Below, one piece after another: positions 47,533 through 57,835 of a stretch of DNA of 64,000 nt (the stretch's first letter is position 1; the number at the start of each line of letters is the position of its first letter). Location of the stretch: assembly GCA_016937715.1 (NCBI GenBank), contig JAFGWA010000050.1:9311-73310 (forward strand), read 5' to 3'. A program made the translations under genes and the position numbers. Below the pieces are notes generated by a model. That model was not told the DNA's origin, did not search any database, and saw only the letters and a list, made by a program, of their open reading frames with translations. The stretch comes from Candidatus Goldiibacteriota bacterium. GTDB lineage: Bacteria; Oederibacteriota; PGYV01.

Positions 47533-48873
47533 TTAAGGATATCTGGCGATAACGGCGGAAAAACAAACCGTGCCGGTTGCTCCGGATGCCAATTGGGTGT
47601 AAACCCAGTATACAACCTTTATGTCGCCGTAATAATTGACCCCGCAACCCGAATCGCAGGATACGTAATCCATGGCATACGGCACAGTATCCCATATATT
47701 AAACGAAACAGCCTCGCTATTGGCATTTGTATATTCAATACAAAATGTTATTGTGTCCCCAAAAGTCCCTTTAATCGGATTAGCGGATTTTATCATTGGT
47801 ATATTAAGTCGCCTTTCAAAAGCCCCGATATCAGTGACGCCGTTAAAAGGCCGCGCGTTATTGTCAAAATCAACAGCAGGCGCGCCGGAGTTGGTTCCCA
47901 AATCAAGGCATTTAACCGAAGAGGATGAAAGCCTTAAATCAGGAGCTGTCACCGAAGCATCTATCACTTCCGTCAAAGCCGGGTTATATTGGCAGCCTGT
48001 ACCGTATCCCGAGCCCGAAATCGCGCAATAGGTAAAATAAGGTTTCATGCCGGCGTGAAGATTTGAAACATCATTGGTATTGGCAAGAAAAAAACAGTTT
48101 TTTATAAACCCCACAGTGTTTCTGTAGTCCCCTGATGAACGCAGGACATTATAGTTATTAAAAAAGGTGCAGTTCAAAGCCTGAATCCTAAGCCCCTGAT
48201 TCGGCACATCATCATAAAAAGCGCTCATTGCGCCGGTAAAGTTTCTTATTATGCAGTTTGTAAGATTATAAGTATACTGAGTGTTTCCGCCGCCGTTGGC
48301 CTGAAGAAAACTTAAACCGTTACAGTATGAACTGCCGATGATTTCGGTCCTGTTAAGGGACACCTGATCATTGGTATTTGTATCCCATGATGAAGTGTTC
48401 ACAATAATATTATTATTTACCGTTGAAGTCGATGTCCTCATCAGGACACAGTTATCAATTGTAACATTGGGGTGCACCTGGCCTCCCCCTTTCAGTTCTA
48501 TAACATTGCCTCCGCTTGAACTTGAATGATTCATGACAATATCGGAAATTGTCCAGGCAGGCAGGGATGTTGTTATATTGTTAAGAACAAAAGTTGCCCC
48601 GGAATTATCCGCGCCGTCCCAGGTAAAACGCTGTCCGTTTTGGGATGTAATATCGCACGATTTGCCCGCGGTTGTCCATGTCATGTTCTCTGACAGATTC
48701 GCCCTTAATTCCAGCGTGTCGCCGGTTGAAGCTCCGTTATATGCCGCCTGTATTGAAACATAATCGCAGCCCGAAGGGCAGATTGTATAAACTGCGCCGT
48801 AAAGGTGCGAAACGGCTTTCATAAAGAATAAAACCGCGCCTAAAACAGCCGTTTTAAACGCGGTTTTATCCAT
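47533..48873 (-). CDS. Secreted right-handed parallel beta-helix protein (pectate-lyase/NosD-like repeats) with C-terminal beta-sandwich domain
   Basis: Signal peptide, ICPSGCDY...GDTLEL start typical of beta-helix proteins, repeated NxxI/V rungs. Confidence 0.55.
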   Translation of the reverse strand: MDKTAFKTAVLGAVLFFMKAVSHLYGAVYTICPSGCDYVSIQAAYNGASTGDTLELRANLSENMTWTTAGKSCDITSQNGQRFTWDGADNSGATFVLNNITTSLPAWTISDIVMNHSSSSGGNVIELKGGGQVHPNVTIDNCVLMRTSTSTVNNNIIVNTSSWDTNTNDQVSLNRTEIIGSSYCNGLSFLQANGGGNTQYTYNLTNCIIRNFTGAMSAFYDDVPNQGLRIQALNCTFFNNYNVLRSSGDYRNTVGFIKNCFFLANTNDVSNLHAGMKPYFTYCAISGSGYGTGCQYNPALTEVIDASVTAPDLRLSSSSVKCLDLGTNSGAPAVDFDNNARPFNGVTDIGAFERRLNIPMIKSANPIKGTFGDTITFCIEYTNANSEAVSFNIWDTVPYAMDYVSCDSGCGVNYYGDIKVVYWVYTQLASGATGTVCFSAVIARYP

Positions 48874-51800
48874 TTACCTTCTCATCACGATAATCTTATC
48901 TATTTTACCCGCTTTTTTATTATCTTCGGAATTAATCACGTAATAATAAGCGCCGGAAGCAAGGCTTTTAATTACACGATTCGGAATTTTAACCGTATTT
49001 AATCCCGCGTTTCCCGGGCCTGTTGTAACTGACTTTATCAGCCTGGAACTTACAGTATATATTTTAATATCCAGCTCCCTGTATGCCCTGCTGGCGTTAA
49101 ACCTGATATTAATGTCTTCTCCTTCATCCGCGTTTACAGGGCACGGATAAACAAAAACATCCTGAATTTCAAGCTGATCCGATACATCAGGCGTATACGT
49201 TGCGGTTGCAGGAACATAGTAAGTCAGGGTCGGGGTAAAAGTAAACGCTATACCCGTTGCGGTATGTGTATGCGTGGCGCTTAACGTGTAAGTTGCGGTA
49301 TTTAAGGGAGTGTTTGTCCTTGTGTATGTTGCGGTGTTTAACGGCGTGTTTGTTCCTGTAAATGTAGATGTGTAAGTAAACGTATTCGTGGCCGTAAAAG
49401 TCAGAGTTAAAACAGCGGTTGCCGTATTTGTCTGCGTGTTTGTATATGTATTGGTTGGTGTGTCCGTATAAGTTGATGTTGCTGTATCCGTATTTGCCGG
49501 AGTCTGCGTGCTTGTATAAGTTGCGGTATATGTGCCGGTATCCGTAAACGTTTCCGTAAAAGTAAACGTGGGGCCGCCCGGTGTTATTGTGTCAGTAAAT
49601 GTATTGGTTTGTGTAAATGTATACGTGCTTGTGTGTGTTGAAGTGTTTGTATAAGTCTGCGTGGCAGTGGGTGTCATTGTTGAAGTCACGGCAGGCGCGG
49701 CAGGGCACACAGCGCATCCAATAAGCTCTACTTCATCCACCCATAGTTCTGCCGCAGCAGGAGTCCCTGCTGTCCCGTTAAAATTAGTCTGCCACTGAAA
49801 TTCTTTTGCATGCGTTAATACAGTCACTAAATCCGCGGCTGTTCCCCAGCCGGCCTGTGCAAAACTTGTAAAAGGAACACTAAACTGCGTCCACGAAACA
49901 GGGGCATTAAAGACATACTTATAATCATCATAACCTGTAAGGGTTGCGCCGGCGGAATTTGTATAGGGTACCTTTATATAATAGGATTTCCCGTCGCCTT
50001 TTACATAAAACCTTATCCCCGTGCATGAACTTATGTCTGTTTCATCAAAGACAGGCGTTCCGGCATCCGAAGAAAGCTGCGTCCCAAGGCCAATACAAGG
50101 ATAATCAGGCGCGTTAACCGCGCCGACTGTGCCTGTCATTCTCATGGCATATGCGGTTGATAAAGCGCCGCCGGCAGAAGGCGGGCAGGAAGCTGCTCCG
50201 GACGCAGGCGCAATATATGTTTCACCGGGATAATCCGGGTCGCCGGAAGCATAAGAATACCAAAAACCTCCGAAACTGTTTCCCGAATCTCCGTCATCAA
50301 GATTGTCAAACACACATACTTCGCTTGACGTGGGCGTCGCAGTTGCGGTATATGTTGCTGTATTTGAAGGCGTTGCGGTCACAATTGCTCCGCATGTTCC
50401 CGAACCAACAAAACTTACCACGGCTTTTTCCCTTGTCACTATATAATGCATAACTTCATCAGACGGGGCGAACCACATATTGTCAAGGCCGCCGGCTCCG
50501 TATGTGTTGTACACATAATTAATATGGTCAGACAAAACCGTTTCATTTGTGTCATAATCACCCGGCACTGTACTGCCGGCTTCCACCGCATGCGTAAAAT
50601 AAATAAGCCATCTTGGCCTTGTGTCGGACGCCGCACTATCCGCCATTGCATTATAAGAAGCCGCGGTTGTGTCTTTCATAAAAGCATTCCTGTTTATAAT
50701 AAAAGGATTAGGCGGCATAATATCCGCGTAATTATTACCCGTAAAATTTTCGGCAGAAAGCATCAGGCCCGAATCCCGTATGCATGTCCAGTTAGTTGTA
50801 TTAACATACGGATAAACAAAATGCGTGCACAAGTACCCGGGCCACCTTGCTTCAATCGCCTGCTTAACAGGAAGCGTTTCGGTGCTTATGTTGTCGCATG
50901 TTACAGCCTGATGCGAATAATTATGGTCAAAAAAGCTCCAGCCTTTTGAATACAGAGTGTCAAGTTTCAGCCAGCTCATACCATAGCTGTCTGTGGTTGC
51001 GGGATTCTGCGAAGTATTAAGCGCAACGCCGCCCCTGAAACCTTTTGCTTCAAATATCGGAAGAGCAACGTCATGGGTTGACGGCCTGCCGTCATCAAAA
51101 GTGAAAGAATACGCCCACTTTTTATCATCATAAAGGACAGCCTTGGTTACAGTATCAAGGGCGCCGCCCGAATAATTTGTCCTTACAATCTGAATATCAT
51201 TTCCTTCAGCCGTGAACATGCAGATATCAGATGAACTGTCATAGGAAGAAGGAATCTCCACAGAATCGCAGTACACCTTCACGGAATCGCAGTTGCCCAC
51301 ATGCACCTTTAAGGTAAGTTTTTTCATGAACGCCATAGAAGGCACCTGCGAGCGGTCTATGTTTATATTCACGCAGTCCTCAACAGCGCCTCCGGGCGTG
51401 TTTGTAACAGTCGGAGTGAATGTCGGCCCTGACAGCGTGGCTGTGTTTGTAAATGTCGCGGTAACAGAAACGCCGCCAAGTTCAATTGATGTGGTTCCGG
51501 TAAACACCCTGTTAAAAGTAACGTATAATTTGTCATTTGCGTCATCAAGCGAACAGTACATATCAGTTCCGTCCGACAAAGTTGAACCGTTTACGCTTAT
51601 TAAAGGCAGGGCGGAACCCGTATAATTATTAAATATGAATGTCTGATTTTTAAGGCTTTTAGCGCCAAGCGCCAAGCTTAAAACCGCGCTGTCTGACGCG
51701 CAGTTTGCTTCCCATGCGTGATATATATGGTTATACCCGGCCGGTTTTAATGTATAGCTTCCCGCTGTGCTGTAAAGGTTCATTTTTCCGGCTGTAACAA

Positions 51801-52986
51801 CACTGCCTGTTGAAGCCGTCAGCGGATTAACAAGCGAGTGTATATCCGATGATTCTGTCACAAGTTTTCTTACGTTATCGTCTGTTTTCTTGCCTGTATG
51901 AATCAACAGAGTAAACCCGTTTGTGGGATAAGCCGGCCAGTCTTTTCTCCATGTCCAGTCAGGGACAGTTGATTTATGGACCGTGCCGTCCTGGCTTGAT
52001 TCCCCGCCTGCCGCGCCGTACGGAAGCTGCCATGTCATTTTATCGCCGTACCAGTTCTGAAACCCGTTAGCCTGATAATTAACGCCCCAGTTGGGCGGCA
52101 TTGTTGCAGATGTGCTTCCTATATTAACAGGCGCGGAAATAAAACCGCCCGCTGCCGCCTGCTGTGTAAAATCCAGCGTTGATACGTACCCTACTTCCCT
52201 GTCCGGTGTGTCTTTCCATTGCAGAGTGTAAGGCACGCCTTTTCCCGGAGTATTATATGTATATCCGGATGAAAAAGGAGATGAACCTGTTGTTTTAAAT
52301 ATCCAGCTTGCCGCGCTGCTGTCTGTGGCGCTGAATTCTATTCCGTCTATGCTCTCTGTAAGCGTGTTTGACGCGCCTGTCCCTGTCCAGTTTATTTCGC
52401 AGTAAGGCGACCGTATATCATGACCCCATGTGCCGGCCGGCTGTGATGAAAAATCATAGGCGATAGAATCCACTATATAATCATTGCCTGTCCTTACCAT
52501 ATATATCCACTTCGCCTTAAAAGAACCCTTGGCATGGTCTGCGTCATCCCCATATATATCCATCTCTGTTTCATAAATGGCGTGATTATCCCCTTTATAA
52601 AGTAAAGTTGTTGTGGGGTTAAATCCGTCTTGTTTTGAATTTATCCAGCCGCGGCCCGAATAGCCGCTTTTAAGGTATATAACATGGTTTATCATGAAAC
52701 CAAGGCCCGACAGGTCTCCGGCAGGATTACTTTCATTTATATTTACGGCAGATGCGCCGTCCATATATGTAAATTTTGAAAGATAACCTCCTTTATAACC
52801 ATGCGGATTGCCCAAGGCCTTTACAATGCCGGCTGACCTTGGCAGGCCCTGAGAATCTGTCCAGTTTATGGTATCACAGGTATTTGTATTAACTGTCACC
52901 CCCATATCCACAGTAACAGGTGCCGAATACACAATAACCGAAAAAAACATGGCCGCAAGTACAGTAAGCATCTTTTTTATACCCAT
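48874..52986 (-). CDS. Giant (1370 aa) secreted multidomain protein: polysaccharide deacetylase (NodB)-like domain, several beta-sandwich/CBM-like domains, long Thr-rich low-complexity linker with tandem repeats, T9SS-type C-terminal sorting domain
   Basis: YSFTFDDGRPSTHD NodB motif. TxTxT linker of about 170 aa including tandem TNTPLNTATYT units. C-terminal VFVYPCP...IKIYTVSSRLIK...SGAYYYVI...KIIVMRR. Confidence 0.7.
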   Translation of the reverse strand: MGIKKMLTVLAAMFFSVIVYSAPVTVDMGVTVNTNTCDTINWTDSQGLPRSAGIVKALGNPHGYKGGYLSKFTYMDGASAVNINESNPAGDLSGLGFMINHVIYLKSGYSGRGWINSKQDGFNPTTTLLYKGDNHAIYETEMDIYGDDADHAKGSFKAKWIYMVRTGNDYIVDSIAYDFSSQPAGTWGHDIRSPYCEINWTGTGASNTLTESIDGIEFSATDSSAASWIFKTTGSSPFSSGYTYNTPGKGVPYTLQWKDTPDREVGYVSTLDFTQQAAAGGFISAPVNIGSTSATMPPNWGVNYQANGFQNWYGDKMTWQLPYGAAGGESSQDGTVHKSTVPDWTWRKDWPAYPTNGFTLLIHTGKKTDDNVRKLVTESSDIHSLVNPLTASTGSVVTAGKMNLYSTAGSYTLKPAGYNHIYHAWEANCASDSAVLSLALGAKSLKNQTFIFNNYTGSALPLISVNGSTLSDGTDMYCSLDDANDKLYVTFNRVFTGTTSIELGGVSVTATFTNTATLSGPTFTPTVTNTPGGAVEDCVNINIDRSQVPSMAFMKKLTLKVHVGNCDSVKVYCDSVEIPSSYDSSSDICMFTAEGNDIQIVRTNYSGGALDTVTKAVLYDDKKWAYSFTFDDGRPSTHDVALPIFEAKGFRGGVALNTSQNPATTDSYGMSWLKLDTLYSKGWSFFDHNYSHQAVTCDNISTETLPVKQAIEARWPGYLCTHFVYPYVNTTNWTCIRDSGLMLSAENFTGNNYADIMPPNPFIINRNAFMKDTTAASYNAMADSAASDTRPRWLIYFTHAVEAGSTVPGDYDTNETVLSDHINYVYNTYGAGGLDNMWFAPSDEVMHYIVTREKAVVSFVGSGTCGAIVTATPSNTATYTATATPTSSEVCVFDNLDDGDSGNSFGGFWYSYASGDPDYPGETYIAPASGAASCPPSAGGALSTAYAMRMTGTVGAVNAPDYPCIGLGTQLSSDAGTPVFDETDISSCTGIRFYVKGDGKSYYIKVPYTNSAGATLTGYDDYKYVFNAPVSWTQFSVPFTSFAQAGWGTAADLVTVLTHAKEFQWQTNFNGTAGTPAAAELWVDEVELIGCAVCPAAPAVTSTMTPTATQTYTNTSTHTSTYTFTQTNTFTDTITPGGPTFTFTETFTDTGTYTATYTSTQTPANTDTATSTYTDTPTNTYTNTQTNTATAVLTLTFTATNTFTYTSTFTGTNTPLNTATYTRTNTPLNTATYTLSATHTHTATGIAFTFTPTLTYYVPATATYTPDVSDQLEIQDVFVYPCPVNADEGEDINIRFNASRAYRELDIKIYTVSSRLIKSVTTGPGNAGLNTVKIPNRVIKSLASGAYYYVINSEDNKKAGKIDKIIVMRR

Positions 52987-53004
52987 AAAGCGCCTCCTTT
53001 TATT

Positions 53005-53050
53005 CTGAAACGTTTCAGGGTCTTGTTTTAAAACATCTGAAACGTTTCAG
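53005..53050. promoter_or_regulatory. Two identical 14-bp perfect palindromes CTGAAACGTTTCAG (53005-53018 and 53037-53050) matching the LacI-family operator consensus, immediately upstream of the giant protein gene and downstream of the LacI-family regulator
   Basis: Read directly. Core AAACGTTT with TG/CA flanks, as in the LacI/CcpA-family consensus TGNAANCGNTTNCA. Confidence 0.5.
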
Positions 53051-53097
53051 TTTTAATTTAAATATACCCCCTGTTCAGCTTATTGTCAAGAAAATTT

Positions 53098-54099
53098 TCA
53101 GGTTTTTCTTAAAATAATTTCAGGCGCGAAATATTCATCAACGTTTTCTACAGAACACATATCCGCGTAATTTTCAGCAAGTTCAAACGCCCTTTCCCCC
53201 ATCCTGATTAACGGCTGTCTTATTGTGGTTATTTCAAGGGCATCCGCAACATCAAAATCATCAGTGCCTATCACTGATATATCTGCCGGCATTTTCATGC
53301 CTTTTTCCGCGCAATACTTAAAAACGCCCATCGCCGTAAAATCCCCGCTTGCGCAATATATGCAGTCCGCACCTTTTTTTACCATCTTTTCGGCGCCTTT
53401 ATATCCGGAAAGCTTCAGATCTTCGGGAAGATACACCGGACTTTCGCTTATAAGCACGTTCTCCGATTTAATGCCTTTTTTTGAAAGCGCCGATAAAAAA
53501 CCTTTTTTTCTTTCCGCCTGGGAAAAAGCATATTCCGTATTTCCAAGAAGCACCGCGGGCTTTTTCTTTCCCAATTTTATAAAACGTTCGGCGGCAAGCC
53601 TTCCGCATTCATGGTTATCGATATTAAGAAAACAGCCTTTTTTTGACGCTCCGGCATCTATTATTATAAGCGGCATTTTTGCTTTTTCATATTCGTTAAT
53701 AACTTCCTGAAGCAGTTTGACCCCTATTATAATTACGGCATCCGACGACCTTTCATGCAGGACCTTTATCATTTCGTTCTGAGCTTCCGACCAGTCATAT
53801 CTGGCAGACCTTAATATTATGTCATATCTGCTTTTTTTCATTTTTTCTTCAATGCCCCTCACTATATACATTTCATAAAGGGAAAAAAGCCCGGGAGTTA
53901 CGACAGATATATGATGCGTTTTTCCTTTTACAAGGCTGCGCGCGGTCTGATTTGGAATATAACCCATTTTTTCAATGGCTTTTTTTACCTTCTGTTTTGT
54001 CTTATGGCTTATTTCTTTGTCATCATTAATAGCCATTGACACAGTTGAATAAGCAAGGCCCAGCTCCCTTGCAATATCCTTTATAGTCACCCTTTTCAT
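53098..54099 (-). CDS. LacI-family transcriptional regulator
   Basis: N-terminal HTH VTIKDIARELGLAYSTVSMAIN and a periplasmic-binding-protein-like effector domain. Confidence 0.85.
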   Translation of the reverse strand: MKRVTIKDIARELGLAYSTVSMAINDDKEISHKTKQKVKKAIEKMGYIPNQTARSLVKGKTHHISVVTPGLFSLYEMYIVRGIEEKMKKSRYDIILRSARYDWSEAQNEMIKVLHERSSDAVIIIGVKLLQEVINEYEKAKMPLIIIDAGASKKGCFLNIDNHECGRLAAERFIKLGKKKPAVLLGNTEYAFSQAERKKGFLSALSKKGIKSENVLISESPVYLPEDLKLSGYKGAEKMVKKGADCIYCASGDFTAMGVFKYCAEKGMKMPADISVIGTDDFDVADALEITTIRQPLIRMGERAFELAENYADMCSVENVDEYFAPEIILRKT

Positions 54100-54211
54100 T
54101 AAAAGCTCCTTATTAAAAATTTTTATTATTTTAACATAAATAAATTAAAGTTCCCGTTTTAGTTTATACCAAACCGCTAAACTGAAAAAATAACATTAAC
54201 ATTTAACAGCT

Positions 54212-54721
54212 TTATTCCCCGTTAAAAAACTTTCCAATTATGGCGCCAAGGCCGCCGACGGAAAGCGATAACGGAAACACAAGCCATATTAAATATATTG
54301 AAAGCAGCGAAAACTGGCTTGGCTGTGACATATTTTTTGAAACATAAAAAGCGGAAAATCCCGCGGCGGCAATTGCCCCTGCAAGCATCCCTATGTACAT
54401 GCCTGTCCTCTCCGCGTCATTTTTTCTATAAGTATGAAGGTTGCAAAGGGAGGTTATTGTGACAAAAGAAAGCGGCACAAAGGAAAATGTCAGCAGGTTC
54501 CCGTTAATATCCCTTTCAGTCATACCATAAGTTGACAACAGCGCGCCTGTAAGGGCGCTTCCCATCTGCCACATGGAACGGTTAAATTCAACACCTTTTT
54601 GAACCTCTTTTTTGTCTTCATCAGTCAGCCTGTCCATGTATTTTTTCTCGGGGACGCTGACGCAGCCGGCAATATTTACAGCCATTATCAACACAAGGAA
54701 AGCCGCGGTTATTTTTTTCAT
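54212..54721 (-). CDS. Lipoprotein/membrane protein, paralogue of 54718..55242
   Basis: Lipobox IAGC, soluble segment with EDKKEVQKGVEFNRSMWQMGSALTG, then 3-4 TM helices. Overlaps its paralogue by 4 nt. Confidence 0.45.
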   Translation of the reverse strand: MKKITAAFLVLIMAVNIAGCVSVPEKKYMDRLTDEDKKEVQKGVEFNRSMWQMGSALTGALLSTYGMTERDINGNLLTFSFVPLSFVTITSLCNLHTYRKNDAERTGMYIGMLAGAIAAAGFSAFYVSKNMSQPSQFSLLSIYLIWLVFPLSLSVGGLGAIIGKFFNGE

Positions 54722-55242
54722 ATTTCACCGCCTCCGGCAAACAGGTTTTCTATGTTTGCCCAGATGACGCCAAGCGACGGAAAAACAAATGCCGACGCGG
54801 TTATCATCCAGGGAATAATCAGCGCGTCGTTGGATGTCCTTGAAGCAGCCGGCCCTGTCGCAACAGCGGCATATAACAGCCCGCCTATCACAGCCCCCAT
54901 TGTTACTCCCGCCACAGTAAAATCAAAAAGATACTTTCTTTCTTTTTCATTTTCCGCGTAACTTGCAAGATTGGCAAAACTTGTGACTGATAAAAACATT
55001 ACCGGAAGCGCGCAGGTAACAGCTGTCTTAATGCCCGGTTCACCATTTGATGTAAGCCCTATGGCCACACCCGCAAGAACAGAACCTGCCTGCCATAATT
55101 GCCTGCTTAATTTTACCGCCTGAATTTCCTGCTTTTTTTCTTCAGGCGTCATTACATTCTGCACCCTTTTATCAGGCATAGTGGCGCATCCTATGAAACA
55201 AGCCAGCACCAGGGGCGCCAGATATTTTGCGGTTTTTAACAT
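54718..55242 (-). CDS. Lipoprotein/membrane protein, tandem paralogue
   Basis: Lipobox FIGC, EEKKQEIQAVKLSRQLWQAGSVLAG, same architecture as the neighbour. Confidence 0.45.
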   Translation of the reverse strand: MLKTAKYLAPLVLACFIGCATMPDKRVQNVMTPEEKKQEIQAVKLSRQLWQAGSVLAGVAIGLTSNGEPGIKTAVTCALPVMFLSVTSFANLASYAENEKERKYLFDFTVAGVTMGAVIGGLLYAAVATGPAASRTSNDALIIPWMITASAFVFPSLGVIWANIENLFAGGGEI

Positions 55243-55330
55243 CTGTTCCTCCTTATTATAATATCTGCCTTAATATCAGCAAATATCATACCGCAGAGAA
55301 AACCTTATAAATAAGGGTATTAAACAGAAA

Positions 55331-57490
55331 TTAACCGCGCATTTTTTTGCGCTGTGAACGCTGCATTGACAGCGAATTTAAAAGAACAGAAACAGAACTG
55401 AATGCCATGGCAGTGCCCGCTATCATGGGGTTTAACAACCCCATTGCAGCCACGGGAATTCCAACAATGTTATATATGAAAGCCCAGAACAGATTCTGCT
55501 TTACTTTTTTTACCGTAAGGCGGCTTATCTGAATAAGTTTTACCACGTCAAGCGGGCTGTTTTTCATAAGCACCACATTGCCGGCCTCTGACGCTATGTC
55601 CGCGCCTGACGCAAACGCCGCGCCCACGTCCGCGGATGCAAGTGCAGGCGCGTCATTGATGCCGTCACCCGCGAAAATCACAATGCCGTCTGATTTTAAT
55701 TTTTCCACCGCTTTTATTTTGCCTTCGGGCAGAACCGCGGCTGTGATATTTTCTATTCCTGTCTGCCTTCCGGCGGCAGCGGCTGTCCTTTCATTATCCC
55801 CTGTCACCATATGCACGGTAATACCCATTTCTTTTAACAGCGCTACCGCTTGGGATGAATCTTTTTTTACCAAATCCTGCGCTGCAGCAAACCCAAGGCA
55901 GTTTTTTCCGTCAGACAGTATCATAAGGGTTTTGCCCGACTGTTCCATTTCCATTATTTTATCGGCACAACCGTCAGTATCCGCGCCTGCCTCTTCTATA
56001 AATCTCATGTTACCAATATAATATTTTCTGCCGTTTATTACACCTTCCACTCCCCTGCCGGGAAAATTCTTAAAGTTTTCCGCCTTTAAATTTGAATTAC
56101 CCGTTATTTTACCTTCAATATTTTCCACAATAGCCAAAGCAAGCGGGTGTCCGGAATTTTTTTCCAGAGAATAAAATATGTTTATGACATCTTCTTTCTT
56201 AATCTGATTATCCGCAAACGCATCCAGCTCCGTAATAACAGGTTTGCCCTCTGTAATGGTGCCTGTTTTATCAAAGACCACATTTTTTGCCTTTCCGGCA
56301 AGTTCAAGCGCGGATGCGTCCCTGACCAGTATCCCGGATTTTGCCGCAAGGCCGGATGCCACAATAACAGCGGCGGGAGTTGCAAGGCCAAGCGCGCACG
56401 GGCACGCCACAACCAGCACAGCCACAGCCGCCGAGAGAGCGGCATCAAAAGGATTGCCCGATACCATCCATGTAATAAAAGTAATTAACGCGATTAATAT
56501 TACCGCAGGCACAAAATATGAAGATACCGTATCAGCCAGTTTCTGAACAGGCGGTTTGGAAGACTGGGCGCGTTCCACAAGCACAATCATCCGCCCAAGC
56601 GTGGTTTCCAGCCCCACCTTTTCCGCGCGAAACTGAAGTGTTCCTTCCTTATTAATAGAGCCCGCCATGACCTTATCCCCCGGCTTTTTCGCCGCGGGCA
56701 TTGCCTCGCCCGTTACTATGCTTTCATCTATTGATGACTCTCCCTGCGTGATAATGCCGTCCACCGCGGCTTTATCGCCGGGTTTTAAAATTATAATATC
56801 CCCTTTTTCTATTTCATTTGTGATTATTATTTCCTCTCTGCCGTTTCTTATGACCACAGCTGTTTTAGGGGCAAAGTCTATAAGTTTCTGTATTGAATCC
56901 GCGGCCTTTTTTTTGGCAGCCGCTTCCAGATATCTGCCAAGCAGTATCACGGTTATAAGCACGCACGACGTTTCAAAATACAGATGGTGCCCGTGTCCGG
57001 AAAGTATCAGGTATACGCTGTAAAAATACGCGGCGCTTGTGCCAAGCGCGACAAGCGTGTCCATGGACGCGGAAAAACTTTTTAACGCGTCAAATGTTTT
57101 TTTGTAAAATTCAAACCCCGTTACAAACTGTACGGGCGTGGCAAGCAGCCAGATGATATAAGGCTGAAAAGGTATGGTTCCGGCGGCAATAAACATGCTT
57201 AATATGAAGACCGGGAAGGTAAACACCACGGCGAATATGAATTTAAAAAACGCTTCTTTTCGCGCATCCCTTTTATCACTGTCTTTTATCACTTTATATC
57301 CGCGCGATTCTATTACTTTTTCTATCTCTTTCTCTCCTATAAGTGACGGGTCATACTTTACAGAGGCGTTTTCAAGCGCAAGGTTGACAGAAATACTTTC
57401 CACGCCGTTTTGTTTTTTAACAGAGCGCTCTATAACGCTTACACAGCTTGCGCAGTGCATCCCCTTAATTCTGAATTCTTTTTCCTGCAT
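55331..57490 (-). CDS. copA: Copper-translocating P1B-type ATPase. Start moved to MQEKEFRIKG, preceded by RBS GGAGGGAG.
   Basis: HMA domain GMHCASCV, CPC motif, DKTGTIT, GDGINDAPAL. The upstream 65 codons of the long ORF translate repeat DNA. Confidence 0.9.
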   Translation of the reverse strand: MQEKEFRIKGMHCASCVSVIERSVKKQNGVESISVNLALENASVKYDPSLIGEKEIEKVIESRGYKVIKDSDKRDARKEAFFKFIFAVVFTFPVFILSMFIAAGTIPFQPYIIWLLATPVQFVTGFEFYKKTFDALKSFSASMDTLVALGTSAAYFYSVYLILSGHGHHLYFETSCVLITVILLGRYLEAAAKKKAADSIQKLIDFAPKTAVVIRNGREEIIITNEIEKGDIIILKPGDKAAVDGIITQGESSIDESIVTGEAMPAAKKPGDKVMAGSINKEGTLQFRAEKVGLETTLGRMIVLVERAQSSKPPVQKLADTVSSYFVPAVILIALITFITWMVSGNPFDAALSAAVAVLVVACPCALGLATPAAVIVASGLAAKSGILVRDASALELAGKAKNVVFDKTGTITEGKPVITELDAFADNQIKKEDVINIFYSLEKNSGHPLALAIVENIEGKITGNSNLKAENFKNFPGRGVEGVINGRKYYIGNMRFIEEAGADTDGCADKIMEMEQSGKTLMILSDGKNCLGFAAAQDLVKKDSSQAVALLKEMGITVHMVTGDNERTAAAAGRQTGIENITAAVLPEGKIKAVEKLKSDGIVIFAGDGINDAPALASADVGAAFASGADIASEAGNVVLMKNSPLDVVKLIQISRLTVKKVKQNLFWAFIYNIVGIPVAAMGLLNPMIAGTAMAFSSVSVLLNSLSMQRSQRKKMRG

Positions 57491-57576
57491 TTCTCCCTCC
57501 GGTTTTAAATCTAATTTTCTATCCCATAACCTTTTATCCCATATCCCATAGATGAAACCTGAGGGACAGAGGAAAA

Positions 57577-57810
57577 AATTCAAGCTATAGGCAGTTAAGC
57601 AATTAAGCATAAGCGTAGAATTTAGAACAGTTTTTCCGCTATAGCTTAAATGCCTATAGCTTAATCTACTGTATTTATAAATCAACTGCCGCGCCCTAAA
57701 AGGACGCGCCTACCAGTATAAAACATAGCACCTTAACAACTTAAGCAATTAAGCTATAGCTTAAACCTTTATATTTTCCGCTTCTGCTTATAGCTTAAAC
57801 CGCTCGTTTT
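57577..57810. repeat. Cluster of intergenic repeats between copZ and copA: partial family-B copy with AAGCTATAGGCA / TGCCTATAGCTT inverted pair (57577-57665), a GCCGCGCCCTAAAAGGACGCGCCTACCAGTA module (57693-57722, also at 31610-31640), and a full family-B copy (57741-57810)
   Basis: Direct comparison with 42211-42300 and 31600-31650. Confidence 0.55.
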
Positions 57811-57835
57811 TCCAATCTTCTAATCTTCCAATCCT

